DNA from: Eledone cirrhosa | Lineage: Eukaryota | Direction of reading: 5' to 3' | DNA length: 64,000 nucleotides | NCBI GenBank assembly: GCA_964016885.1 | Contig: OZ024740.1 | Span: forward strand, 234,794,001-234,858,000 | Shown here: positions 51,901 through 64,000 of the stretch, piece after piece | Position numbering within the stretch: position 1 is the first letter of the stretch | How the letters are laid out: the number at the start of each line of letters is the position of its first letter | Notes under the pieces: generated by a model | Databases searched by the model: none | Seen by the model: only the letters and a program-made list of their open reading frames with translations | Told to the model about the DNA's origin: nothing | Position numbers and translations under genes: made by a program

Positions 51901-53202
51901 ACTCTTTCTCTCTCTCTCCATACAAAAATCAGACTGTATAAAGTACATGTATTGAAGTGTGCTACTACATGATAGTGAGACAAGGCTATTAAATGAAAAG
52001 ATGTGGAGGCAGGAGATAAATATGACAAATATGATCTAGTGGTTGTGTAATGTTAACCTAAACTAACCTACATGAAAGGTGGAACACATGTGAAGTGAGG
52101 TCAGAGTGACTGAGTATTAAAAACGTCAGCTGATTGATGTATGAATCATGTGTTAGAAGTACAATGCTACATGGTAGGCATGGTACATGTTGAGGAAGGG
52201 ATGTAATGGTGAAAAGATATGAATCAAGTATGATTTGCTGGATGTGTAAAGGTAAACTATAACAATGGTGAATCCTCACTAAGATAAGAGAGAGTGGTTG
52301 GGTATCAAAAATATCATTCAATGCATGATTAAGAAATTTGATGGTAAATGGTAGTGGACATGGGTGTTGAATGGCATAGATCAGTTATATACATGAAAAG
52401 TGGAGCACAAGTTCTTTTAAGAGAGACTGGCTGGGTTATTAAGTATTGCAGTTGTATGGTGTATGTGTGAGATATATATGTAAATAAGACTGTTATTGCT
52501 CCAATCAGTCCACAAACACTGAGCAAACACTCTAAACCAAACATCAACCTGTACCCATAACTCCTGCAAACCAAACCATACTCACACTCCAAATTTGGCA
52601 AGTCAAATGTGGACCACCCATCCTCCCAAACTCAGCATACATAACCAGACACAACAACCAACCAATGGGAAAGACAGATGTATCAAGCTGATGTTGTTAT
52701 ATTACATAGTTTCTATATAATAAAGCCAAAGCTATCTGTAAGATATATGGTGCAACATGGTAGTGAGATATGGGAGTATTTGATATGTAAGATATATAAT
52801 TGTAGGATAGAAACAAGGTGGGTATGATATGTTGGATATACAATGTTAACTTATATGAAAAGTAGAGCACAAGCAAACTGAGAGAAAGACTGGGTATTAA
52901 TGACAGAAGATATAAGAGGTTATTGCAATGGTCTGGGCATGTAAGGTGAATGGGTGTTAGTAAGGTCAGATGTCAGGTTGGCATAGGATTGTGAGGAATA
53001 GCACTAGTCTGATTCAACCTAAGTCATGTAAATGAGGATGTTTAAATGATGATAATTATTATTATTTGGCCGACATTAATTAACCAAATCCTGCCGAGGT
53101 TAACTTTGCCTTTCATCCTTACGAGGTCGATAAAATAAAGTACCAGTAATGCTCTGGGTAATTGTTGGCCTTGTGCCAAAAGTAGAAACAATTAATTTAC
53201 AA

Positions 53203-54385
53203 GAACTAGCCTTTGTTGATCTGGAGAAGGCTTTTGGCAGAGTACCATGTTCTGTCATCTGGTGGTCCCTACTTGGTGTAGCAGAATGATTTGTAAGAGC
53301 AGTTCAAGACATTTACAGAAGAGTTGTTAGTAAGGTGAGAGTAGGTAATGGGTTCAGTGAAGAACTCAATGTGCTGGTAGGTGTTCATCAAGGCTCAGTT
53401 CTCAGTCCATTCCTGTTCATTATAGTTCTCCAGGACATAACAGAAGAGCTTAAAATTGGCTGTCCATGGAAACTTCTGTATGGTGATAATCTGGTTCTTA
53501 GAGCTAAATCTGTGGAAGAGCTAGAGGATAAATTCTATCTTTGGAAACAGAATTTAGATCCAAATGGGGAAAATGAAAGTTGTAGTAAGTAGGAAAGAAG
53601 AGATGACTTTAATCACATCTGGGATGTGGCCCTACTTGATATGTAGAAAAGGAGTATGTAGAAACTCTATATGGTATACACAATAGAAGTCTTGAGTGTA
53701 CCAGAGGTGTAGTGGGGGTAGCTGGCAGACTAACAGAAAATATAAACTTCATATGTAACAGATACCCAGAGATTGTTAATAAGAAGGTTCCAGAGAAGTA
53801 GATGATAGCTTCTGCTACCTAGGTGATCGAATTAACAGTGGAAAAGGTTGAACTAAGAGCACAGTAGCTAGGACAAGACTGGGATAGAAAAAGTTAAGGG
53901 AGCTACTATCATTGCTGAGAACAAAAATTTCTCTCTATGAAAGAATGGTTGGCTGTATGATGCATGTGTGCAAACTGAAATATTGCATGGCAGTGAGATA
54001 TGGGCAATGAATGCAGAAAATATGTGAAGGCTAGAGAGAAATGAAGCGAGCATGCTCCAGTGGATGTACAATGTTAATGTGCATGAACAACAATGCATGG
54101 ATGAGCTGAGAGAAAAGCTGAATATAAGAGGAATTAGATGTAGTGCAGAAAATAAGACTGTGCTGGTATGGTTATGTAATGCATATCGATAAGGATTGTT
54201 GGGTGAAGAAATGTCAGAAGATCCCAGTGGAAGCTAGCCCAAGGAAGACATGGACTGAGGTTGTGAGAGCTAATCTCAAATCACTTAAGCTCTGAGAAGA
54301 GATGATGACAGACCACAAAAAGTGGAGGGATGCTGTGTTTGATAAAGACTCATCCAAGCCATGCGAGCAAGGAGAACGATGATGA
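53203..54385 (+). mobile_element. Decayed RTE-clade LINE (RT domain to 3' end)
   Basis: LAFVDLEKAFGRVP..., VGVHQGSVLSPFLFIIVL, LLYGDNLVL, C-terminal WVKKCQKIPVE..PRKTW; stops and frameshifts present; gatgatga tail. Confidence 0.9.
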
Positions 54386-56123
54386 AGATTATTGTCTGTT
54401 CAAAATTGAAGTAGCTATCTCATTAAAAAAGAATTATGGTATCATTATGCTGATATATATATTAAGGTGGCAGAATCATTTGAGCATATGACAAAATGAT
54501 TTGTAGCATTTAGTTATATTTTACATTCTGAGTTCAAAGACTGCCAAAGTCAGCTTTGCTTTTCTTACTTCCTGGGACAATAAAATAAACTATCAATATA
54601 GTAATGAGGTCAATTAAATTTATTAACAATGATAATTGTTTCTACTTTAGTCACAAGGCCAGCAATTACCCAGTGCATTACTAGTACTTTATTTTATCGA
54701 CCCCGTAAGGATGAAAGGCAAAGTCAACCTCGGCGGGATAGGCACATATTGATTGATTTTGTTCTTTCAAAGCTAATGTTTAAAAATAGCCTTTTAAATT
54801 CAAACACAGTTAGATAACCAAAATATGCATCCTAACTACTGTTTAGAAAAGTATCTTCATTGATAAGATCAATTAATGTTAGCAATCAAAACATCAAAGA
54901 AATATAGAATTATTATTTGAACCAATTTATGAACATCAAAGCTTTATAAGAACAACTATATATGTTAGGTATGGGAAGTCATATTTCTTTGTAAAATATT
55001 TGACTTTATGCTACTATATCCCTTTCCCACAAATTTGTAGCTTCGTGCATTTGTAAGAAATAATTATTATCAGTTCATTAGAACATAAAATAAAATGCCT
55101 TGCATTATTTGTTCCAGCTCTTTACATTCTGGGCTTAACTCTTGTTGAGCTCAATTTTGCCTTTCATCTTTCTGAGATCGATGAAATAAAGTACCAGTCA
55201 CTCTAAAAGCAATAAATATAGAGGTCAATTTAATAAATATTTCTGGTCTAGTACATATCATCATCATCATCATCGTTTTTATGTCCGGTTTTTTTTCACG
55301 CTCACATAGGTTGGATGGGTCCTTCTCAACACATCTCCCCACTGCGTTTCTTTATCACCTCTTCTGTGAGTCTCAGCGATTTGAGGCCTCTCACAACCTC
55401 TGCCCAATTATTGTTATTGCTGCTGATATTTCCTATATAGGTTGAAGGCCACAAGTTTATAGAAGGACAGAAATGAGATTATGTGATGTTGCTGAAGTTA
55501 AATGGAAACAAAGATGTATCAGAATAATGGTTTCTTATATAGACACGATGCCAGCAATTTTGGGGGAGGGGAAAGTCGATTAAATCGACCCCAGTGCGTG
55601 ACTGGTACTTTATTTTATCAACCCCATAAGGACGAAAGGCAAAGTTAACCTCAGTGGGATTTGAACTCAGATCGTAAAGGGCCGTAACACTATGCTGCAA
55701 AAATGCCGCCTGACTCTCTACCGATACTGCCAATCCACCGCCCTAAGATGTATCATAATAATGGCAGATTCTATCCTACTGCAACATAGCTATATTCTAC
55801 ATCTGGAACAAACTGCCTGCATCAATTGTTAGCTGCTGGGACACTACATCCTTCAAAACTTCTATGCTTCCAGAAATTCATCAATACTACACCTGATATT
55901 CCCCCTCCATACACATGCACATGCCTGTGTGTATATTATGATTGACACACTGGTCACTTTCCTGTCATTTGTACATTATTCTATGTGCTATACATGCACC
56001 TTTGATGAGTTGTAGTGCACCTGAGCACTGTACACAATAATTTTCATTATTATTATTATTATCTGTTGAGTATACAGCTTGAAGCACAGCTGTATTCCAT
56101 AACTATACTCCATATCTGTAGAG

Positions 56124-56433
56124 CAGGGGCATGCAACTTTAGCAGGCCACTTTTGAACATTGGAACAACTATTAGGGCCAGTCACTGTCAAAAATATGTA
56201 ATCTAACGAAAACCACAACTTCTTTCCATAACATGGAACTGGGAAAATATAACACACATAACCCTATCAGTGAAGCCCTTTAGTATAGGTCAACTAACAG
56301 AAAATTGTTTTACGGTTACGAAAAAAATTCTAAATAAGCCTACAAGGTAAAAATTTTAAATGGTCATCACGGGCCATTCTGACTTGTCTCGCAGGCCAGA
56401 TTGTGGCCCGCGGCCGCCTGTTGCACGCCCCTG
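56124..56433. mobile_element. hAT-type non-autonomous element
   Basis: TIR CAGGGGCATGCAAC / GTTGCACGCCCCTG; 8-bp TSD ctgtagag / gtgtagag. Confidence 0.82.
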
Positions 56434-56835
56434 GTGTAGAGAATACAGCTTTGAAGTGCAGCTGTATTTCATAGCTATATTCCATAACTAAAGAGTATAC
56501 AGTTTTTGAATACAGCTCTACTTCACAGATATACTCCAGAAATAAAAATAATTGTTTCTACTTTTGGTACAAGGCTAGCAATTATCCCAGTATATTACTG
56601 GTACTTTATTTTATCGACACTGTAAGGATGAAAGGCAAAGTTAACCTCGGTGGGATTTGAACTCAGACCATAAAGGGCCGTAACTCTTTGCTGCAAAGCA
56701 TGGCGTCAGACCCTCTACCGATACTGCCAATTCACCACCCTGAAATAAAAATAATGATAATTTCTAACATTAGCACAAGATTCCAGATTTGTTGGGAGAT
56801 CATATTCCAGTATATCAAATCCCATTATTTCTACT

Positions 56836-57028
56836 AGGGCGGTGGATTGGCAGTATCGGTAGAGAGTCGGACACCATGCTTTGAAGCATAGAGTTACGTC
56901 CCTTTATGATCTGAGTTCAAATCCCGCCGAGGTTAACTTTGCCTTTCATCCTTACGGGGTCGATAAAATAAAGTACCAGTAATGTACTGAGTAATTGCTG
57001 GCCTTGTGCCTAAAATAGAAACAATTAT
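56836..57028 (+). mobile_element. tRNA-derived SINE family 1 (Meta-SINE-like core), representative full copy; other copies at ~1-118, 11567, 27170, 27605, 31515, 33000, 36441, 36690(-), 53085, 54630(-), 55530(-), 56548(-), 60134, 63308(-)
   Basis: A-box TGGCAGTATCGG, B-box GAGTTCAAATCC, core gcctttcatccttacggggtcgataaaataaagtaccag, AT-rich tail. Confidence 0.88.
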
Positions 57029-57109
57029 TTCACTTGTACTTCAGAAATATACTCCACATCTCTAGATTATAATTGTGGAATATAGCTGTACTCTTTAATT
57101 GTACCAACG

Positions 57110-57320
57110 AGTCAATGGGATAACCTCTACGTGGACTGCTAGAAATAACAGCCAAATCTCACTACAATCACATTCCCTACAGTCTTAAAAACAGACATGC
57201 TGGATAATTTGGTTCTGGATTTCGTGCACATAGGAAACAGATAGGATGGTCACTGCTGAAACGATTTTGATCATAGGTCTGCTCAATTAGACCTGACCTT
57301 GAGTTAAACTACAGCTGTAT
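57110..57320 (+). repeat. Unclassified ~200-bp dispersed repeat (copies at ~8330, 12030, 26430, 27360(-), 28210(-), 39600, 39890, 51520)
   Basis: Shared ctgctagaaataacagccaaatctc...ataggtctgctcaat/gtcag...ctgacct..g.ctaaacaac. Confidence 0.65.
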
Positions 57321-57366
57321 CACTCAGTCAATCCACACAACTCTACTCTCAAGATTTACTCTACAG

Positions 57367-57585
57367 CAGGCAAGTAAAAAATGTGACCCGTGGGCCTCAT
57401 GCAGCCCTTTACAAGCACACCTACGGCCCGTACAAAGATTTTTACACCACGAGCATGTTTTATCTTTGTAATATGAAATGAAAAAAAATAGTTGTAAAGT
57501 GTGCAATTAGTTGTCGTGTGTGGCCCTTAGACAACACATAGGTGACCCATGTGGCCCTCAGGGGACCCTCAGTTTGACATGCCTG
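57367..57585. mobile_element. hAT-type MITE
   Basis: Perfect 8-bp TSD ctctacag; TIR CAGGCAAGTAAAA / TTTGACATGCCTG. Confidence 0.82.
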
Positions 57586-57609
57586 CTCTACAGTTCTCTA
57601 TATGACCTT

Positions 57610-58130
57610 ACAGTCATACTATACAACTGCACTGTACAGTTATAGAGTATCCATGCACTATAGACTTACACTTTACAGCTATAAAGTACTGCTGCACTAT
57701 ACAGCTTTAGAGTGCACCTATTCTATACAACTATAGAGTACACCTGCCCTATATAGCTATAGTATACAACTGCACTATACAGCTTTAGAGTAAACCTATT
57801 CTATACAATTTATAGAGTACACCTGCACTATACAGCTATAGTATACAACTGCACTATACAGCTATAGAGTACGACTGCACTATACAGCTTTAGAGTAAAC
57901 CTATTCTATACAATTATAGAGTACACCTGCACTATACAGCTATAGTATACAACTGCACTATACAGCTATAGAGTACGACTGCACTATACAGCTTTAGAGT
58001 AAACCTATTCTATACAATTATAGAGTACACCTGCACTATACAGCTATAGTATACAACTGCACTATATAGCTATAGAGAACAGCTGTACCATACATCTATA
58101 GAGCATACCTGCTCTATACAGCTATATATA
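57610..58130. repeat. Degenerate ~26-bp repeat with ~104-bp higher-order period
   Basis: Monomer ctgcactatacagctatagagtaca; agctttagagtaaacc recurs at 57781, 57886 and 57990. Confidence 0.85.
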
Positions 58131-58179
58131 TTTTTCAATAGTTCATAGCAACTATAAGGTACACTCAAAACTACTACCA

Positions 58180-58805
58180 CTGTAAAATGGTAGTTTTGGT
58201 GTCACGACAAAAGGAGCCCAGTCCACACTGTAAAGAGGTTGTGTTGGTATCACGACAAAAGGAGCCCAGTCCACACTGTAAAGAGGTTGTGTTGGTGTCG
58301 CGACAAAAGGAGCCCAGTCCACACTGTAAAGAGGTTGTGTTGGTGTCACGACAAAAGGAGCCCAGTCCACACTGTAAAGAGGTTGTGTTGGTGTCACGAC
58401 AAAAAGTGCCCAGTCTACACTGTAAAGAGGTTGTGTTGGTGTCACGACAAAAGGAGCCCAGTCCACACTGTAAAGAGGTTGTGTTGGTGTCACGACAAAA
58501 AGTGCCCAGTCTACACTGTAAAGAGGTTGTGTTGGTGTCACGACAAAAGGAGCCCAGTCCACACTGTAAAGAGGTTGTGTTGGTGTCATGACAAAAGGAG
58601 CCCAGTCCATACTGTAAAGAGGTTGTGTTGGTGTCACGACAAAAAGTGCCCAGTCTACACTGTAAAGAGGTTGTGTTGGTGTCACGACAAAAGGAGCCCA
58701 GTCCACACTGTAAAGAGGTTGTGTTGGTGTCATGACAAAAGGAGCCCAGTCCATACTGTAAAGAGGTTGTGTTGGTGTCACGACAAAAAGTGCCCAGTCT
58801 ACACT
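58180..58805. repeat. 48-bp tandem array (~13 copies) derived from a SINE internal segment
   Basis: Unit GTCACGACAAAAGGAGCCCAGTCCACACTGTAAAGAGGTTGTGTTGGT; continues into the SINE core and (GAT)n tail at 58840-59030. Confidence 0.95.
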
Positions 58806-59693
58806 TTAGAGTTGTCATGCTTGTGACATAATAAAAAACACTCAGTCCGCACTGTAAAGTTGGTTGGCGTTAGGAAGGGTATCCCGCCATAGAAACCAAG
58901 CCAGAAACAGTTCTATGTGAGCAAGACATGTCATCACACCCGACTTGTCACACAATGGGACAATTTGTCTAACCCATGCTAGCATGGAAAAAATGGACGT
59001 TAAACAATGATGATGATGATGATGATGATTGGAGCTGCACAACACACAAACATATTTGGAAAATAATTTATTCATTGGTTTTTTGTTTTTTTTGCTTTGT
59101 TTATATTTCTTGTGATTTTTTTTCTTCATTTAATCTATCATCGTCAGAATCATCTCAACATCATCATCATTCCCACCACTACCACCATCACCTTTTCAAT
59201 AGTGGAAGAGACTGATTCTCTGTACCACAGTGAGTGGCAATCATTTTGGCAGATAATTACATAACAACTGATCTAATAGAAATTTGTATGAATTTATTGA
59301 CCAATATCCTAGTTTCTGTGACACATTCTGTAGAAAATGTTACGTTCCATAGTAGGATAAAAGGACAAAGACCCCATAACTCCTTGTGGAGTCATAGAGG
59401 CACTGTCATAGTGTCTAGGGCACTTTTAAACCTGGTGGAGCCCAACCCTCTCCAGGTCTGAACACAGCCGATTTTTTCTATAGAGGAGGAATCAACCCCA
59501 GCACTGGACTGGTGCCATAGTAGCTGTGTTTAAATTCTGAATCCCCCCACAACAAAGTTCATGCGTTCATGCATCCCTCTCTCTCTCTCTTTCTCTCCAT
59601 CTATCTATCGATAGATAGATAGATATATAGATAGATAGATAGATATGTGTGTAAAATTGCCTCCAGTGTTTTGGTTGTTTCATTTATTAACTA

Positions 59694-59747
<54 letters not shown>

Positions 59748-60668
59748 TAATATTACAGGAAATATGTGTATGCGTGTGCATGTTATCGTCATCCTTATCA
59801 TTTGACATCTGATTTTCTTTCATGCTGGTATTATATGGCTTGGATGTGTCTCACAGCATCCTGCAGCACTTCATCAAGCAGCATACATGCAGCAACAGAA
59901 AAAAACAGCCATCCTTAATGTTAGTACTGGTGATAGTGTTACTGTTGTTGTTGTTGGTGGTGGTGGTGGTGGTGTTAGTGGTGGTGGTGGTGTTGCTGCA
60001 TATGTCATGCATTTTATTGAGGAGGAGTTATTGTGATTGGATGCTGTTCCTATCACCAACAACCTTATAGCCTGGAATGGGTGCATTTTATTATGTACTA
60101 TATTTTATTATGTACTATATATGTACTATATAAAGGGCGGTGGATTGGCAGTATCGGTAGAGAGTCGGACACCATGCTTTGAAGCATAGAGTTACGTCCC
60201 TTTATGATCTGAGTTCAAATCACGCCGAGGTTAACTTTGCCTTTCATCCTTACGGGGTCGATAAAATAAAGTACCAGTAATGTACTGGGTAATTGCTGGC
60301 CTTGTGACTAAAATAGAAACAATTATGTACTATATTTTATTATGTACTATATATGAGATCGAGACCGAGATTGTGTACGTGTCACGAGGAAAAACACACA
60401 GTCCTCGCTGTAATGTGGCCGTGTAGGTAACACGGTAAAAAGTTCCCAGTTCCACACTGTAAATGTGGTTGGTGTTAGGAAGGGCATCCAGCCATAGAAA
60501 ACCTGCCAGATAGTCGTATACGAGTGAGACACGGTCACCCGACCAACCTTGCCTCAAGTGGGACAACTCCTGTCTAACCCATGCTAGCATGGAAAATGGA
60601 CGTTAAACGAAGATGATGATGATGATGATATATATATATATATATGTATATATATGTATATACATATA

Positions 60669-60863
60669 TAGGAAAAGAGACAGGACCTCGACTGTTGAGC
60701 TCCGGCCATTTCGACAGCTAGATCTGAGTTGGATCTAGCTGTCGAAACGACCGGAATTCAGCCGTTGGGGTCCTGACTCTTTTCCTATTACCCACTCTAT
60801 TACCCTAAGTATTGAATACTCTAGTGCGTTATGGTCCACCTGATATCTTACCACAACCTCTGT
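60669..60863. mobile_element. Short (TA)n-embedded fold-back element, family copy 2
   Basis: ~57-bp imperfect arms with a 7-nt loop, then the same tail as 1373-1500. Confidence 0.7.
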
Positions 60864-61248
60864 TATATATATATATATATATATATCATCATCATCATCA
60901 TCATCATTTCATTTTACGTCCGCTTTTTCCCTGCTTGCAAGGGTGGGACGGGAACTGATTCTGGCTTGATTTCTACAGCTGGATGTCCTTCCTAACACCA
61001 ACCTCATTTACAGTGAGTGCTGGGTGCTTTACTTTTTCCGTGGCGCCTACACATCCACTTTACAGTGGAATGATATGGACCCCAGCTCCTATCATCTCAT
61101 TTCTACAGCTGAGTAAACTGGAGCAATGTGAAATAAAGTGTCTTGCTCAAGGACACAACACATCACCCGGTCTAAGAATTGAACTCACAACCTTTCGATT
61201 GCAAAGCCAATGCTCTAACCACTAAGCCATGTGCCTCCATATATATAT

Positions 61249-61287
<39 letters not shown>

Positions 61288-61696
61288 TATATCTCAAATT
61301 TCTGTGAAGAATTTATGTATATAATTGCCAAACAGTTTAGAAATACCTCAATATGTTTATATATTAGTCTGAAGATAAAGGAATTTATTTTTTCAGGAGA
61401 AAAAGATGAATGGACAGGCATAAACACAGTAAATATAATCAAATATGTAGATAGAAAAATTAGTTTTTAAAAACAAATTCTTCCATCTATATATTTGATA
61501 TATAATTATGGTGACATGACAAAAAGCACTCAGTCCACACTGTAAATGAGGCTGGCGTTAGGAAGGGCATCCAAGCCAAAATCAGTTCTGTATGTGCAAG
61601 ACATGATCACCTGACTAGTATTACCCACAAGACAACTCGTCTAACCCATGCTAGCCTGGAAAAGTGGACGTAAAATGGTGATGATGATGATATATA

Positions 61697-61978
61697 TCAT
61701 CATCATCATCATCATCATCATCATTTTACGTCCGCTTTTCCCTGCTTGCAAGGGTGGGACGGGTCTTATTCAGCACAGCATCTCTCCACTCGTCACGGTC
61801 CCTCGTCATCTCCACCGTGAGCTTCAATGATCTGAGGTCTGTTCTCACCACCTCCGCCCATGTTTTTCGTGGTCTACCTCTACCACGTCTTCCTTCAACT
61901 GGCATTTCCTGGCACTTCTTCACCCATCGGTCATCCTCCATGCGCATCACATGTCCATACCACCTCAGTCTCCACCTC
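61697..61978 (-). mobile_element. Young 5'-truncated RTE LINE 3' end (similar fragments at 12807-13012, 23652-23866, 28940-29250)
   Basis: Open frame RLRWYGHVMRMEDDRWVKKCQEMPVEGRRGRGRPRKTW...DRDEWR...SREKRT* then (GAT)n. Confidence 0.9.
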
Positions 61979-62375
61979 TATATATATATACCACCTCTAT
62001 ATATATATACCACCACCTCCACCTCTATATATATATATATATATATATAAGAAATATATATATATATATATATATATATAAGATATGATAATAATGGAGC
62101 TGCGGCGTTGCAAATGGGTTTACATATGAAAAAGTAAGTCCTTCATCAGTTGCCTTCCAACCGTCCTAGGCATTTCAATATATATATATATATGACAAAT
62201 CTCATATATGTATATTTGTATATATATATATAGTAATAATAATAAATTTGAAGACTAAAATCCTGCATTCACAGATTGACTTTGTTAGCTTCAGAAGATC
62301 CCGTTAAGGGTGAAAGCAGTGATTCTTTGCTTAAACTTTAATCTGTTATTTTAATAAATATATATATATATATAT

Positions 62376-62595
62376 ATTAGAAAATATATAGCTTTCACAG
62401 TATTTTTAACTAAAGGAACTTTTTTAGCTTGATAACGGGGTTTAGAACCCTCAGATAAATGGAAAAAGATGAGTATTGACGTACATGTACGTCAATACTC
62501 ATTTTTTTCCATTTATCTGAGGGTTCTAAACCCCATTATCAAGCTAAAAAAATTCCTTTAGTTAAAAATACGGTGAAAGATATATATTTTCTAAT
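62376..62595. repeat. 220-bp near-perfect palindrome (110-bp arms, no loop) between (TA)n tracts
   Basis: Centred on gtaca|tgtac at 62485/62486; about 5 mismatches. Confidence 0.9.
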
Positions 62596-62665
62596 TTCAA
62601 ACTCGCTCACTGTTTCAAAACATACTTACTTGCCATATATATATATATATATACAAATATACATA

Positions 62666-63920
62666 TACGAGGTTTATCTTAAAGGTAAGAGTACTGATTT
62701 TCCTATGTACAACATGGTAACAAAGCACCACAATATATATAGTCATGTTGGTTATGACCTTAGCTGCACATAGTCACTTGTTTCAGCATGACCAATTGAG
62801 TTAATCATGAGTTATTGTTGTTTATGTACAGATGTGTTTGTGATGCAAAAATATATCGAACAACAGTACGAAATCAAATTTTGTGCGAAACTCAACAAAT
62901 CTACCACAAAAACATTTAATTCTTTAACACAAGTTAATGGAGATGGCACTCTATCCAGAAGTTAGATTTTTAAGTGGTACAAAGCTTTCAAAGAAGGTTA
63001 AGAAAATGTTGAAGATGAGCCTCATTCTGGAAGGCCATTCTCGTCAACAAATGAACAAAATGGAGAAGTGGTGTGAGAGGTAATGGCATAAGATCTCCGA
63101 TTAAGTGTCAGGATGATTGCAAAAGAAACAGACTTGGATAAAAATGCAATGTCAGAGAATTTTAACAGAACATTTACATGTGCAAAAAATTTGTGCAAAA
63201 CCAGTGCTCAAACACTTGTCAGTGGAGTAAAAAGCAAACTGATTGGAAATTTGTCAGGATTTACTAGACAGACTTGAAATTGAGCCAAATTTCTTGGATA
63301 AAATAATTGTTTCTACTTTAGGCACAAGGCCAGCAATTACCCAGTGCATTACTGGTACTTTATTTTATCGACCCCGTAAGGATGAAAGGCAAAGTCAACC
63401 TCGGATTTCTTGGATAAAATAATAACAGGAAATGAATCATGGATGTCCAAGTATGACCCAGTGACAAAATGATAAAGGAGTGGCACAAAAAAAAATTCTC
63501 CTCGTTCAAAGAAAGCACACATGAGCAGATCCAGGGTGAAAATGATGATTATCATTTCTTTTGACAGCCATGTTATTGTCCACAAAGAATGTTTACCTCC
63601 AGGACAAACAGTTAATTATACATTCTACAAAGATGTCACAGAATGACTTTGAAAATGGATCCAGTGAGTTTGAAAGGGCATTGCAGGAGATTGGGTACTG
63701 CACCATGATAACGCACCTGCTTATACAGAATTTTCAATTAGGGAATTTTTTGCAAAGAAAAACATTCCCCCTCTTCCACATTCTTCCTTCAGCCCAGATC
63801 TAGCTCCATGTGATTTCTACCTCTTCCCTAAGTTGAAATTGAAGTTAAAGGGTTATTATTTTGTGGCTGTGGAAAACATGCAAAAAGTAACTGACAAGCT
63901 AAGGACACTCACAGAAAAAT
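62666..63920 (+). mobile_element. Decayed mariner (Tc1/mariner) transposon
   Basis: Starts TACGAGG after (TA)n; EQQYEIKFCAKLNKS, FKWYKAFKEG*ENVEDEPHSGRP, IITGNESW, WVLHHDNAPAYT, SPDLAPCDFYLFPKLK; many stops; SINE inserted at 63308-63404 with 19-bp TSD atttcttggataaaataat. Confidence 0.92.
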
Positions 63921-64000
63921 ACAACATAATTACACAAAACACACACTTGCTAAAGAAAGGAAATGAGATCATAACACACTGCAGACACAGGAATATATTC

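Noticed and set aside
58152-58826. Repetitive 16-aa-unit ORFs on both strands
   Set aside because: 48-bp SINE-derived VNTR with no splice or homology support
59200-59560. Unique-looking sequence, possible exon of a neighbouring gene
   Set aside because: No open frame with credible splice sites or recognisable homology on either strand
62290-62325. Hammerhead-like CAGAAGA-TCCC..GGGT-GAAAG (also ~46135-46165)
   Set aside because: Core mutated and stems I and III not evident; kept only as part of the (TA)n-element population, not called a ribozyme

Overview
This is AT-rich, repeat-dense animal genomic DNA, not prokaryotic. The SINE repertoire, (TA)n/(GAT)n microsatellites and long introns suggest an octopod cephalopod (inference). 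Positions 1 to ~47,100 hold the 3' half of a plus-strand WASH complex subunit 4 gene (WASHC4/SWIP/KIAA1033). I traced 15 consecutive coding exons (4633-38877) with consistent splice phases and clear similarity to vertebrate WASHC4. One donor is GC rather than GT. There are also two candidate frame-coupled microexons and a candidate terminal exon encoding a Ser/Pro-rich tail. The introns and downstream region contain: a 5'-truncated Penelope-like (GIY-YIG) retroelement; several short (TA)n-embedded fold-back elements carrying hammerhead-ribozyme motifs; modular tRNA-derived SINEs; RTE, CR1 and RLE LINE fragments; a decayed mariner; hAT, piggyBac and mariner-type MITEs; and several minisatellites, including a ~6.9 kb 30-bp array and arrays born inside SINEs. 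The most interesting signals are the hammerhead/fold-back elements and the coupled microexon pair near the WASHC4 C-terminus. Apart from WASHC4 exon and transposon-derived fragments, the supplied ORFs appear to be repeat artefacts.
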